Source of the DNA: an uncultured Candidatus Poseidoniales archaeon | GTDB taxonomy: Archaea > Thermoplasmatota > Poseidoniia > Poseidoniales > Poseidoniaceae | NCBI GenBank assembly: GCA_905182185.1 | Contig: CAJJAP010000003.1 | Location: 14,813-78,812, forward strand | Direction of reading: 5' to 3' | Length of the DNA stretch: 64,000 nucleotides | In this document: positions 40,259 through 52,800 of the stretch, piece after piece | Position numbering within the stretch: the first letter of the stretch is position 1 | How the letters are laid out: each line of letters begins with the position of its first letter | Made by a program: the position numbers and the translations under genes | The notes under the pieces: model-generated | Told to the model about the DNA's origin: nothing | The model's database searches: none | What the model saw: only the letters and a program-made list of their open reading frames with translations

Positions 40259-41701
40259 TCATTCTTCCTCAACCAGTTCAACGAATAGGTCCAGAATCCC
40301 TCGCGACTCAGCATTGATTTTTCCTTCACTCAATGATTCATTCAGTTCATCATATTGAGCAGAAGTCATGGATTCCTTTGCCCCTTGTAGAATCAAATCT
40401 TTCTGATCTGTTGTAACTCTCCCATAGCGAAGGACATGTTCTGCTGAATATTTAGACGACATCAAAATTATTTGCTTATCGCTCAATCCAAGAGTTGTTT
40501 GTAACTCATTAAGAATTTTAGTCTCATATAATGAAATCTTACCATCTTTGAGGGCGTTTTTCCATGCTTCATCAATTGTGGGAGCTCTCTCCGACAGAAG
40601 TATTGCTATTGGACGAGTTTCCTCAATATTCTCGAGAACTATTTTTATTATTACTGCGAATGGCACTGCTAAAATCATACCTAGAATACCCCATAACCAG
40701 AATGAGAATGCGGTTACTAGCAATAGAACAACAGGAGATAAATCTAGTGCACTTCCAGCCCAACGAGTTTCTATTACATTACCCCACATTTGTTGATTGG
40801 TCAATAATAGGACCATTAGCAGAAGCAAAGTGCTCGGGTCTAGTAAGATTAGCCCAAGAATAATTGGAGGCACTGTTGCAATTAGCGAACCGATATAGGG
40901 GACATAATTTAGCAAGAATGTGATAAGTGCCCAAGTGAACCATAAATCAATTCCGAAAAATGCCATTATGATACCAGCAATAACCGCAGTACCAACTCCA
41001 ACTCCAGTTTTTACAATGATATATGTATTGACACTTGATTCAATTTGATCTCTTATCATCTGTACTTTTTCATTTGCTCCACCTGGCCATGCACGTTCTA
41101 TTCTACCCGGCAATAAACTGGCCTCGAAAATAATAAAAAGTAGAAAGAACATGACTGTTAAACTGGTCGTCAATACACTACCTGTACTAGACATCATTCC
41201 GACTAGAACATCTGAGAACTGCTGATTATCAGATAACAATCCCAACTCAGATAAATCGCTGCCTAAATCAGAATCAGGACTACCTACTGCATCCACTATT
41301 ACTGGACCAATAATCGACATACTCTTGAGATTTAACCACTTTTCATCCAACTGATTATTGTATTTTTGCATCTCTTCCTCATTACCGATCAACTCATCTG
41401 CTTGTTGATATGCAAAAAGTGTAGCACTGCTAACAATCAGTAGAGCCATCATTAGCATTGTAAAGTATGATAGAATAACTGGAAAACCACTCACTGAGAG
41501 TTTATCTGCTCCTGGTTTCAATACAAAATAAATTGCTAGTGCAATGAAAAACGGTTGCAAAACTCCTTGCAAATATATCATTGCAATGGTTAATACCGCT
41601 ATTATGACCAATACATTGGCAGCTGCAGATAAGCGTCTATCGAATAAACCAAAATCAGAAGTGTCAACTGCATGCTCCATGCGTATCCATCCCCTTATCA
41701 T
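40259..41701 (-). CDS. AI-2E (UPF0118/PerM) family transporter
   Basis: LQPFFIAL, FLLNYVPYIGS, LDLSPVVLLL..FWLWGILGMILAVP. Confidence 0.9.
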   Translation of the reverse strand: MIRGWIRMEHAVDTSDFGLFDRRLSAAANVLVIIAVLTIAMIYLQGVLQPFFIALAIYFVLKPGADKLSVSGFPVILSYFTMLMMALLIVSSATLFAYQQADELIGNEEEMQKYNNQLDEKWLNLKSMSIIGPVIVDAVGSPDSDLGSDLSELGLLSDNQQFSDVLVGMMSSTGSVLTTSLTVMFFLLFIIFEASLLPGRIERAWPGGANEKVQMIRDQIESSVNTYIIVKTGVGVGTAVIAGIIMAFFGIDLWFTWALITFLLNYVPYIGSLIATVPPIILGLILLDPSTLLLLMVLLLTNQQMWGNVIETRWAGSALDLSPVVLLLVTAFSFWLWGILGMILAVPFAVIIKIVLENIEETRPIAILLSERAPTIDEAWKNALKDGKISLYETKILNELQTTLGLSDKQIILMSSKYSAEHVLRYGRVTTDQKDLILQGAKESMTSAQYDELNESLSEGKINAESRGILDLFVELVEEE

Positions 41702-41732
41702 TCTTCAAGATGACACCCAATAATGCGTTGAT

Positions 41733-43121
41733 TCACTCTTCTTGAGTGAAATCTGCTTTGCTCGCATCGTATATTTTGGGATCTGATAGTTTTAGCGAAA
41801 GCGCTGCTGAACAGAGCATAATCAAACCGCACAAATGGAAGGCTGTATGGTAGTCCCATGGATATCTTCCATCGGAAGTCAATACCCAGACTAGGCCTCC
41901 TGAAAGTGGCCCTATTATTCTTGCAAATGCTCCAAATGATTCATTTGCCCCCATGACAACTCCCAATTCATATCCTTCTGCTTTTGCAAATTGGGCCAAT
42001 AGAGTTGATGATGACGGTTGGAACAGTCCACTCCCTATTGACAGAATACCCGTAACTGCAAGTATGTGTAACCAAGCATATTCAGATTGCGAATAAGGTA
42101 TCAATACAAGCCCCAGTCCTGTCAACAATGCTGCAACTGTAAGTAATCTTCGCGAACCAAATTTCTTGGTCAACGGGCCTATTAAGAACCCCTGTGTAAT
42201 AATTCCTGTAACTCCAATCATGGCAAATATGCGGCCATTATCCGCCTCACTGAAATTAAGCCCACCATCCATAATTGGCATACCGGTATAGAGGATGAAT
42301 ATTGCGTGCATTATGGTGAAACCAAATGTGAATAACATCGCCACCCAGATAATCACGGCAATCGAACCTTTACCGAGCATTTTCCTAGAATTGCCATACA
42401 TATTCTTCATCTGCTGGCTCCAACTTCTCGATGCGTCAACTTTACGCATATCGGGAGTTAAAGATTCAGGCAAGTTTCGGATTGCTACCAATAATGAAAT
42501 TGTGGATAATACACTGGCTAAGAGACAGGGCAATAAGTAGGGATAGGTTTCAAAGATAGTTCCTTGAAAAGTCTCCCATCGTAATGCAGGAGCCGATAAT
42601 TCACCTCCCAAAAATGGACCGATAGTAAAACCTAAACCGAATGCTGCCCCTATGATACCCATTCTTGTCGCCAATTGCTGGGGGTTGCTAACATCGCCAA
42701 TATATGCTCTAGCAACAGCAATATTACCATTAAAAACACCTGCGAGAAATCTTGTTGCAAGAGCCATCAGCAACGTATTGGAAAGACCAAAGGCGGCGAA
42801 GAAGACTGTGTTTCCAACTAGGCCCACCATCAAAACTGGCCTTCGACCAATGCGGTCACTCAGTGACCCCCAAAATGGAGAGAAAAGAAACTGTGCGGCT
42901 GAATAAGAAGTCATCAGTAACCCGACCCAAAGGCCTATTTCGGTCACTCCTTCTGCTCCAGCAAGGTCTTCTACGAGATAGGTGAGGAATGGAATTACAA
43001 TTCCAAAACCAATCATATCGATCATCGTTACAAGAAATAGAACAACCAGTGCGCCTTTACTCGCATCCTTGACCTTACCCGTGTCAACCATTATTGCACC
43101 CAGTTCAAGGGATAGATTCAC
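41733..43121 (-). CDS. MFS transporter, DHA1/TetA-like
   Basis: IDMIGFGIVIP, GSLSDRIGRRPVL motif A, GLGFTIGPFLGG motif C. Confidence 0.92.
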   Translation of the reverse strand: MNLSLELGAIMVDTGKVKDASKGALVVLFLVTMIDMIGFGIVIPFLTYLVEDLAGAEGVTEIGLWVGLLMTSYSAAQFLFSPFWGSLSDRIGRRPVLMVGLVGNTVFFAAFGLSNTLLMALATRFLAGVFNGNIAVARAYIGDVSNPQQLATRMGIIGAAFGLGFTIGPFLGGELSAPALRWETFQGTIFETYPYLLPCLLASVLSTISLLVAIRNLPESLTPDMRKVDASRSWSQQMKNMYGNSRKMLGKGSIAVIIWVAMLFTFGFTIMHAIFILYTGMPIMDGGLNFSEADNGRIFAMIGVTGIITQGFLIGPLTKKFGSRRLLTVAALLTGLGLVLIPYSQSEYAWLHILAVTGILSIGSGLFQPSSSTLLAQFAKAEGYELGVVMGANESFGAFARIIGPLSGGLVWVLTSDGRYPWDYHTAFHLCGLIMLCSAALSLKLSDPKIYDASKADFTQEE

Positions 43122-43184
43122 CCTTTTGTAATAGAGGGGTAGATATCAGTAATGCCCTGCATTACGATTGAAATGAATGTACAT

Positions 43185-45260
43185 TCAAGCAGGAGAAATT
43201 GATGTATTTGCTGGTGTCAATCTGTCGATAACCGCTTCTAATCGCTCTACTAAACTTGCTTTATCAGAATGCTTAACCAAAGCATGTTGCATAACTTCAT
43301 CCAAAGTATCAACTGCAATGACATCAATAAGATCCTCATACTTGTCATCAAGGAGTACATCTTGCAAATTTGCCCGAGGAATAATCACCGTTTTGATTCC
43401 ACAACGTGCTGCTGCCTCTATTTTCGCAGTTACGCCACCGATAGGAAGTACTTCTCCGCGTACTGATAATGAACCGGTCATGGCTAAATCTTGGCGAATT
43501 GGAATATTCTCCAATGCAGAAATAACCGCTGTTGCGATAGTGATGGATGCTGAATCCCCATCAACACCGTGGGTGTTAACGAATTGAACATGAATATCAT
43601 AATCGGATACATTCTTACCGGTTAGCTTCTTGATTACTGCGCTAACATTTGTCACTGATTCCTTAGCGAGATCAGACAGACCACCAGTGGCATGGATTTT
43701 GCCGCCACCACCTTGACTCGGAGTAACTAATGCTTCGACTGGTAACATGATTCCACTGAAATCGGACAAACCAGAGTTTGCACCTAATACAGCCAAACCA
43801 TTTACTCTACCAACTCTTTCACCAGTGCTGACTATTTGTGAATAATCTAATCTTCTTTCAATCATCCTGTCAGCAACTTGTTGTTCAAGAGGTTTAGCAA
43901 TCTCCCGTGCCTTTAGAACGTGCTCGGCTGTAGTGAGAGGAGCGTTTTCTTCCATTGCCAAATCTCCAGCAATACGGACAAGACCACCTAGTTCACGCAG
44001 GCGTAGTGATAGTTTTCCACGTCGTCCCGCTCTTCTTTGTGCTTCTCTTAGAATTATGCTGACCCCACTCTTATCAAAATGTGGAATCTCGCGAGAGGTG
44101 TCAATATCCCTCAATACTTCTTGAGCGATGAATCTAATCAAGCGACGGCGATTACGTGCGGTATCAGGCATTTCTGAATTGACATAGACTTCATACCCGT
44201 ATCCTCTGATTCTACTTCGCAGTGCTGGATGCATTCCTTGGATTGCATCTAGGTTGCCCGCAGCAATAAGAATAAAATCACATGGAACTGGCTCAGTCTT
44301 GGTTAGTGCACCACTGGAGCGTTCTGAACGGCCCGAGATGGAAAAAGCCCTCTCTTGCATTGCTGTTAGCAGTGCTTGTTGCTCTTCCAAACGAAGTAAA
44401 TTAACTTCATCGATGTAGAGAACTCCTTTGTTAGCCCGATGAATTGCACCAGGTTCAACTCTGTCATGAGCAGAAGTTTCCATTCCTCCAGATTGGAAAG
44501 GGTCGTGTCGCACATCACCTAGCAATGAACCGGCTAATGTTGCTGTGGCATCAATAAATGGCGGCACCTCACCTTGCTCATGCTTAACCAGTAGTTTTGG
44601 AATTCTGCTTTGATCAACCGAACCTAGACGGCTACGGATGAACATGTATCCGAAGGCTAGTAGGAAACCTCCGAAGAGAAGTGTCATGATGTCTCCAGAT
44701 TGTATGGCTGCAATAAATAGTAGAAGGCCAATTAAACCAAATGCAAGTAGTAGAACTTTTTGTGACTTAGCCTTTTGTTGGCGAATTGCTTCTTTTTGGA
44801 CTTTGATAATTCTGTCTCCGCGACCAGCAGGTACAGAACGAACTCTAGGTTCATTCTCATCTTCTTCATTTGGATAAATCAAAATATCTTCAAGAGAATC
44901 CGCCGGTAGTAAATCTGTCATCGACCTTGCTAGCATTGATTTACCAGTACCTGGGTCTCCAATCATTAGCATGTGCCTGCGTTGTTCAGCAGCTTTTTTG
45001 ATAATGAGAGAACCTGCTTCTTGACCAATTACTTGGTCTACTAATCTCTTTGGGATTGGGACATCTTTAGTTGATTCAAAATCAACATCACTAATCCATT
45101 CTTCAACACTAGATTGTAAAATTTCATCCGAACCCTGAGGCTCCGGCGCCCAAACTGTGACTTCAGTTTCATCAACATCAACTGCATCATTCTCTTCGAG
45201 AGCAATAGCGATAGGTCCCTCTTCTACAAGGTCACCTGTGTCATCAGTGTCTTCTGCCAC
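43185..45260 (-). CDS. lonB: Archaeal membrane-bound ATP-dependent protease LonB
   Basis: [17 protein letters not shown] insert, [27 protein letters not shown]. Confidence 0.96.
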   Translation of the reverse strand: MAEDTDDTGDLVEEGPIAIALEENDAVDVDETEVTVWAPEPQGSDEILQSSVEEWISDVDFESTKDVPIPKRLVDQVIGQEAGSLIIKKAAEQRRHMLMIGDPGTGKSMLARSMTDLLPADSLEDILIYPNEEDENEPRVRSVPAGRGDRIIKVQKEAIRQQKAKSQKVLLLAFGLIGLLLFIAAIQSGDIMTLLFGGFLLAFGYMFIRSRLGSVDQSRIPKLLVKHEQGEVPPFIDATATLAGSLLGDVRHDPFQSGGMETSAHDRVEPGAIHRANKGVLYIDEVNLLRLEEQQALLTAMQERAFSISGRSERSSGALTKTEPVPCDFILIAAGNLDAIQGMHPALRSRIRGYGYEVYVNSEMPDTARNRRRLIRFIAQEVLRDIDTSREIPHFDKSGVSIILREAQRRAGRRGKLSLRLRELGGLVRIAGDLAMEENAPLTTAEHVLKAREIAKPLEQQVADRMIERRLDYSQIVSTGERVGRVNGLAVLGANSGLSDFSGIMLPVEALVTPSQGGGGKIHATGGLSDLAKESVTNVSAVIKKLTGKNVSDYDIHVQFVNTHGVDGDSASITIATAVISALENIPIRQDLAMTGSLSVRGEVLPIGGVTAKIEAAARCGIKTVIIPRANLQDVLLDDKYEDLIDVIAVDTLDEVMQHALVKHSDKASLVERLEAVIDRLTPANTSISPA

Positions 45261-45349
45261 GATATTCCCTCACGTTGCTCCCCTTTAGGGGTTTAGCCTT
45301 CATAATTATCAGCAACAATGCCTAAACGACTTACTGAGAGCCTGTTGAC

Positions 45350-48300
45350 TCAAAGTTTACCTTCTAGGTATTGTTGTCCGTAATGTTGCCATTGTTCCAT
45401 TGTCCATCCCACTGGTATTCCAGCAGCAGGGATTGGTGGACCCATTACAGGCTCCTGTACAATCACTGGTTGTTGAACTACTGGTTGAGGCATTGGCATT
45501 GGCATTGGCATTGCTGCAACTGGTTGCTGGAACAAATCTTGAGTCCCACCATACATAGAGTTTGCAACTAAATCATCTGCAGGCAATTCGCTGCCCCACT
45601 TGACTTCTTCTTCTGCGGAATTACCTCCACGCATTATCATCAAACCAATCAGTAGTGCTGCAATTATTGCGAATGCAACCGCTCCAATAATGATCATATT
45701 ATTCTCTGATAAGCCACTTGTTTCAGAGTTACTTTGAACTTCTTCAACAGGGCATTCTGCTCGTGGATCTTCACAAGCAGGTCCGATTTGAGTTTCGAGT
45801 TCAACTAATTTCGCATCTAATTCAGTAGTGTCTTCAGTAGATTCACTAATTTGTAAATTCAATTCTTCCTTGCTTGCTAATAGATCTGCTAGGTACTCAC
45901 TAAACATGGTATCATCCATATCCGCAACTGCTGGCATTTCTTCAGTGATGTGCCACTTAACACCGGTCAAGGTCTTGTAATCATCACCACTACTGTCAAC
46001 TCCTTCGAAAGTAACTTGGTAATAATCCATGTAGTTTGAACCTGATTCTCTTGCAAGTTGTCCTTCGACAAATAGTGATGGAATAAGTAATTCTGAGCTC
46101 CAGCCGATATTGGACTTGGACACATCAAGGTCATATTCCCAAAGTCCATCGCAAGTTCCAGTTAAATCATTACATACATTCCATGCTACAGATAGACTGG
46201 TAAAGATTGGTGAATCTTCCGTAAGCGTCATTGCAGCAGTTGGAGTTTGTCCGACATATGTGTCTGTGACATTGACAAACATGTGTCCTGAGCCATCATC
46301 ATCTGTTGAGGTCATAAATGGATATGCATCAAATACTACCACTGAAATCTCGTAAGAGTTTGTATCGTACTTGTCGCTTGCCATTAGAGTGATAGTTTGG
46401 TCCCCATTAACATCGAATAGTAGTGTTAAACTGTTGTCGATCAAGTTGAATCTTGCAGCACCTGGTTCGCTGGAAACAACTGTGACATATGCTCCAGAAG
46501 CATCATCATCAACGTCACTAATCCTTGAACCGAGGTCGATTACCATTTGAGTTCCTCTCTTGATAGTAATTGATTCAATTCCATCCATGTCTACACGAGG
46601 TGCATCATTGATTTCTTGAACCTTGATAATGATTGTTTGGTCGGAGTATTGCTCTCCATCACTGGCCCTTAGAGTAAGTGTGGTTTGACCGTTTACATCA
46701 TCATCAACTGTCTCAAAAGAAAGAATGTTACCATGGATTTCTGCTGTGATTATTTCAGGGTTGCTATTATCAATTACCTGTATAGTTAAGGTACTGATAT
46801 CCAAAGTTTGACCCATGTCGTCTGTATCGGTAACAAGCGATACTAGTGAGAGAATATCGTTACCACCTTCATCCACCATTTGAGTTGGAAGTCCTGCCCA
46901 ACGAGGTTGTCCATTTTCAATGACATTGAATAATAGTGTTCCATATGGTAGTTCACCAGTTTCGCTATAATCTCCTCCATCATCCATTTGGATTTCTATT
47001 CCTTGTTGACCGAGAGGGCAACCTTGAACAGAATCGTATGCAAAATTGACTTCAAGTTCTTGTGTAGTAGGATGCCAAGCGACAAATGAAGAGTCATCCG
47101 AAGTGATTAGTAGGTTTGAAAGATGAGTCTCAGGATCATTGATATGACCTGTCATGTCAACCATTGTTGAAATATCACACATTACTGAAGGTACAGGTTC
47201 TGCAACAATTGTTGGAACGCCGTTTGCGAGTTTGAATCCATCAGTTCCTGTTGAGACCTGCCAATCTCCAGTTTGTCCCTCTAGAGTCAACTGTTCGTGA
47301 ACGGATGTCATACCAGCCGGCAGACATCTCAAGAACTGGTGAAACCACATATTCTCTTCCCTCATTATTTGTTCCTTCATAGACCACTGATTCGCCACCG
47401 CTGACTATTTCAGAAATCCATTGGTTAGCACCAGTTTCAGAAACTTCAATGTCAAACGACATTGTGTGAATGGTATCTACGAAATCATCCGCATCACCCT
47501 TTGCTAGTACTGAGAATTGATCTCCTCTTTCAACGATATTGCTATCTAGTACCGCTGCTTTCTTTGACAAAGGAACCCTGTCATGGTCAATTTGCTGTAG
47601 TACTACGTTATTTGCACTATTTGTTTCATCTACCAAGTTCTTCAAACGAACTCCGAAGGTCGTTTTCCAAGCATTACTAGGAAGAGATGATGTGTCAAAT
47701 GTTGTTTGAACCGATTGTGTTGCACCCATGTTCAAATTGGCTAGTGAAACTGAATCTATTGCAACCTCGTTGATTCCGTTCTTGTAAAAGAATTCAACAT
47801 CTCCACCAGCAGTGTAATCTAAATCACCTACATTACTAATTGTAGATTGCAAGGTTAGAAGATCTCCTGTGACATATCCTGCTGAACTTTCTGGGTTTGT
47901 GATTTGGACTGCGCCTGGAGTTAGATCCATCTTTGGACCCATTGTAGAGTCGATTGCATGGTATACGTGTTCTGAAGTACCACCTGCTGAAACGCTGTTA
48001 CCGGACATCAATACTCCGATAACAATCGCCTTTGATAATCCACCAGGAACTACTGATGTTGGCACTGAAGACCAAGTTTGAGATTGCGAAGTTGCAGTTG
48101 GTGTAACGCTAGCAAAGGAAGTTCCTGTGCCTGCGCTCTTGGATTTGTAAGTATCACTATCGGTTAACCAACCCATCCAGCAGTTGTAGCCATGTGGAAT
48201 TCCACTCGTGTAAGAATAACCTGTACATTCTTCATCAACAAGGGCTGCGTATAGTTTCATATTGCTGCTGGACTTGCAGTACCAGTGTATTTGTATGAAA

Positions 48301-48839
48301 TATCAATGTCATAAGTTCCTCCACTTTGACTGATAGATGCACTCATTCCGTAGTCGTTAGTAGTAGAAGCCATTCCGCCACCGGAAGAAAAGAGAGTGTC
48401 ATATGTGTCATAATTAGCTGAAGCCCCGCCTTGGTTCTTATCTGTGCGGTCACCGAAGTAAGCATCTGGTGCACCTCCGGTTGACCATGCCCAGTTGTAA
48501 GGTGATACTGCTCCAGCACGTGCAGTATCTGTATCGCCATAGGAAGAGGACATGTATGTGATGTAAACATATTCGTCAGGGTGAAGTCCCTTGACTGCGT
48601 GATGTGCATCAGAGCCTCCACCGGTCTTGGAACAGTGACCACAGTTATCTGAAGAGATATATTGTCCAAAGACAACGTGCCCCGGACTTGTTGCCGAGGA
48701 AGCATGCTTAACAATTGGTTCATCCTCAAGGTTTTCATTGATTTCAAGTGCATTTAATTGTGCAGTGAACCCCATGGATAAACTACCCTAAAAAGAGTGC
48801 AACTATAGTTAGGGCAAGTAGACGTGCTGGCATCTTCAT
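45350..48839 (-). CDS. Large secreted, C-terminally anchored protein (CxxC thioredoxin/Omp28-like, CARDB, Ig/cadherin-like repeats), split by 3 frameshifts
   Basis: Signal peptide MKMPARLLALTIVALF from 48839; CGHC; ISNVG..DETNSANN; INDAP; TM then GWTMEQWQHYG; joins at ~48787, ~48265, ~47278. Confidence 0.7.
45489..45512. repeat. (GGCATT)4 coding microsatellite, MPMPMPMP
   Basis: Four exact hexamer copies. Confidence 0.85.
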
Positions 48840-49032
48840 GTCATCCCACCCGTCAGACGGTATTTTAAAGCCTCGTACAGATGTCAATTTTAAATACTTA
48901 AAACATTCTGCAATACAGAATAACACGATGCAGCACCACGATTAGATTATTATTTAATTTAATTCTATTAAAATATCGAGGAATTGAATATTCAATCGGA
49001 ATTGTTGTAACATGGTGCTGTCTCGCAGGCAT

Positions 49033-49822
49033 ATGGATGACAGCAATTGGGTAGTTCTTAGCGAGCCGGAAGGGAAAATCTATGTCATCGAATTATCTGA
49101 AGGCGTCACTAAAATCAAAGGCATTGGAGTCATAGATACAACAGCCACACTCGGTCAATTAGAAATTGGTGATTCAGTTCAATTCGGCAACAAACTGTTC
49201 ACAAGAGTAGTTCCACGCCTAACTGAATTAACCAAGGGAATGAAAAGAAGAGCACAGACTATTTCTGCCAAAGACGCTGGACTTTTTATCGCGAAATTGG
49301 GAATCGGACCAGGCGATCATGTTCTCGAAGCTGGCCTTGGTAGCGCTGGCCTTTCCATGCATATCGCCCGCTCACTAGGAGATTCAGGACTGCATGTCAC
49401 AGTAGAGCCACGTTCTGAACATGCAGAAGTTGGTCTTGAGAATTTGCGCAGAGCAAAGGAGATATGGCCACAATTCCCAACCCACCACCATGTCGAAGGT
49501 TTCATTGAAGAAGTAGTAGATGATATCAAAAAACACAGCGACAAATTTGATGCGATTATCTTGGATTTACCTCAACACGCACCTGCTATTGAAGCAGTTG
49601 CTCCACTACTCTCAATCGGTGGCAGAATCGCTTGCTATTGCCCTGTAACAAGCCAAGTAGAATTAGCTTGGAAGGCTTGTGAAAGTGCAGGATTAATAGT
49701 TGAATGGGCAGGAGAATTAATGGAGCGCAAATGGGGTATGGCCAGCAAAGGCGGTATGCGACCAGTCAACGGCGCATTTGGCCATACAGCGTTCCTTCTA
49801 TTCGCATATAGAAATGCAATGA
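49033..49822 (+). CDS. trmI: tRNA (adenine-N1)-methyltransferase TrmI/Gcd14 family; the ORF-track extension to 50259 is probably a read-through artefact
   Basis: KRRAQTISAKDAG, GPGDHVLEAGLGSAGLS, DAIILDLP, YCP..SQV, RP..GHTAFL. Confidence 0.85.
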
Positions 49823-49832
49823 ATCTAATGAT

Positions 49833-52800
49833 TCAAGCAATTATTCGATCAACTCTGATTTTGTTATCACAGGAAGGACAACTAAATCGGAACGGTACAG
49901 TTGAACCACGTGGCACGCCCAATTTGCTCTCACAATTCGGGCATGAAACTTTGTTATCTTCGCTCATCCTACACTCATTAAAGCCAAGTTCTTCTTCCTC
50001 GGACTCACTCTCACTCTCATCCTCTTTTTCATCTTCAGCGGTTAACTCGTCGCTTGATGAAGATTTCTTCCTCATCGTCCTGACGACTACGAGAAGAATA
50101 ATTGCCGCTAACCAACCACCTGCTAGGATATTGATACTTGCACTATTGCTCAAGGAAAGGCCCAATGGAAGTGAAACACCGGAAGGTGGTAATTGTGGAC
50201 CTTCGATGTCGACTGTAAAGGTTCTTGAATCATCTGAATTAGTACTAGAATCAATTTGACTGATAGCCCTAATAGTCAATTCTGCATGACTTTTGGTGCT
50301 GACTAGAGAATTAAATTGAACTGAAAAATCAGCGGATTGCCCCGGACTTAATGTATATTCAGAAGTAAGTACTTGGTCTGACAATCTGTTCCATTCAATA
50401 GAGAATAATCCATCACCCATTCCTACGACTGACAAGTTACCATTGACAACTGAATTGGCCTGATTTGAAATAGTTAAGATCATACTCGAGCCACCAGCAT
50501 TTGGCACACTTAGTTCATCGGCTCCAATTGTAATGAAAACCGCACCTTGGCTACTCCATATTGGTTCTACTGTGTAGACTTCAGCCACCTCTTCAACGAA
50601 AGTTGTTCTTGCACTGGATGTAACTCTAAAGTTGAAGTAAGAGATTCCAGCTGCTGTATTTTCAGGAATCATACAAGACCAACTAAACGCTTGACTTGAT
50701 GCTCCTGCATCCAAATTTAGTAATTCAGAAATACCACATTCAAAATCAGCAACTGTTGTCAGCAATAAATTATCAGTTCCAGTCCCACTATTAGTCACTA
50801 CAACGCTACCGTGTATTGTTTCACCTGGTTTTGCGCTATCATCATCTGAAATTACTGTAATAGTTGCGCCTGCTTGTAAGGATTCAATGGTGAGATTCAT
50901 AGAATCCGTGACTGTTGTGTCTGTAGGATGAAGATACTATCAAAGTAATTGACATTCCTCCACTAGGTGCTCCAGAAGAGGCTTCTCTAACGCCAAGAGT
51001 GATCGCTGAGGATGCGCCTGCATCCAAACTAACCGATGTTGAAGATAATACGAATTCAAACCATTGCGATGCCCCATTGTCTTCTAAGCCAATATGAAGG
51101 GTATCGGATAGTAGTTCCAAGGTTTGTGACATCAAATGTCATTTCAGCACCAGAGAGGGGACCTGCAACCAATCTTCCGGTTGTTCCTGAAAGTAGAACT
51201 TCCACCTTCTGTGAAATCTGTAAATCAATGGATAGACTGGCTGATGTACCATTTCCACCATAGGAAAATATCAGCATGTGTGAACCTGCTATACCATTTG
51301 AAAGCATGTTGATCGTAAGATTAACTTGCAAACTTTGACCTGCATCTATCTGCGCGCTGGAGTGACTCAATTCCAATTCAGCCCCCGCAGGTAATCCTGA
51401 TAAAGAAGCCACTAGCGAGAGGTCTTGTGGTTCCTGTATTGGCTCAATTGTACGGCAATTGTCGAAGACTGGCCTGGCTTCACTGAGACTCTTCCGTCTA
51501 GTGGGCCGTTCATCTCAAGAGATGCAATCGGTTGAACATCTACGCTAAGGTCAGACGATACTGTAAGTCCGGAATAGGTGATAGAGAATTGTTGTGTTAG
51601 TTGGCCCAGTTGGCCGATGTCAGCATCGGTGGAAACCGTCCATAGTCCAACTTGACCTGATTCCACTAATACTCCAGTGGATGAAGTAATCAAAGTTGTT
51701 AGACCTTCATTATTTGCAACATCTAGATAATATGTCACAGGCTCTGAACCAGAGTTATTTACTCTTACTTCATAGTCAAGAGGTGTTCCAGGATTTACTG
51801 AGATCCCACCATTAGGAATTACAATAGTAAAATTAACTAATTCATCTATTCCGATTGTAAATGAAAATGTTCCCGCTGTTAATGTAAGAGTGTCATCAAT
51901 ATCTGTTTCTGCACTGATTGTCAAATCACAGGAATCTGAAGCGGTTGCATTTTCTCCAACTACGAGTTGTAAACCGATATCTTTGGCTTCTCCAGAATCG
52001 AAATCGTGAGGTGTCATTTCAAGCAATGAAGCAGTACATGGGCCTCCATTAACATTTAGTTGCATAGAATAGTTTTGATGACCATTACCCAGATTTGTTG
52101 CTTGAATGGTCGTATTTGTCGATGTTGCTGGAATGAAATCTTGTTCTTGTGAAAGGAATGCAAAGGAGACTTCGTATTCTTCCGTCACTTCGATGACAAG
52201 TAATGTTGATGAAGAAATATTGCCTTCTGTTGAGGCGATGAAGAGTCTAAATCCATAATAATCTGGTTCTGCATCGACAGGAACTTCAATCTGTAATGTA
52301 GATTGCATTGAATCTCCTGCTGCGATATTATTCAACTCATCAGTTTGCCAAAAGACGTTCCAATTTGTCGGCAGGTTACCACCGAGTCCGTTTGGTTGAA
52401 TGGAGTTGCTACTTGTGCCATTACCAGTTCCGTTGCCGGTTCCGTTGCCTGTAGCATTACCACAACCCACCAATGTATAGAGACAAAGTTGTACTGAATT
52501 AGAATTAATTGTAGTTCCATTGCTTGATAAGACTCCAGTCATGGTAATATTACCAGTAGTTAGTGGTAGCCATGTTGTTGAAAGATTTGCCATGCTGAGT
52601 GTCCCATTTTGGCTATCATTCCACGACCATAGTTGTATTCCCAAATCATTTTCTGCTACAACTTCCAAAAGATAAGATACATTTGATTCAAGTGGACTTA
52701 TTTCAACACTTACATCCATCGCACCGTTGCTTAAATCGTATGAAGTTCCATTTGTAGGCTGGGTGAACATTAGAGTTTCATTCCCGCTTGCCTCATCCCA

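Noticed and set aside
48840-49032. AT-rich intergenic region (also 54765-54900) as an origin or ncRNA
   Set aside because: It fits ordinary divergent promoters; I saw no ORB-like repeats or stable stems
49823-50259. Ser-rich C-terminal extension of TrmI
   Set aside because: It is antisense to the surface-protein 3' end; removing one A near 49812 gives a normal stop at ~49822
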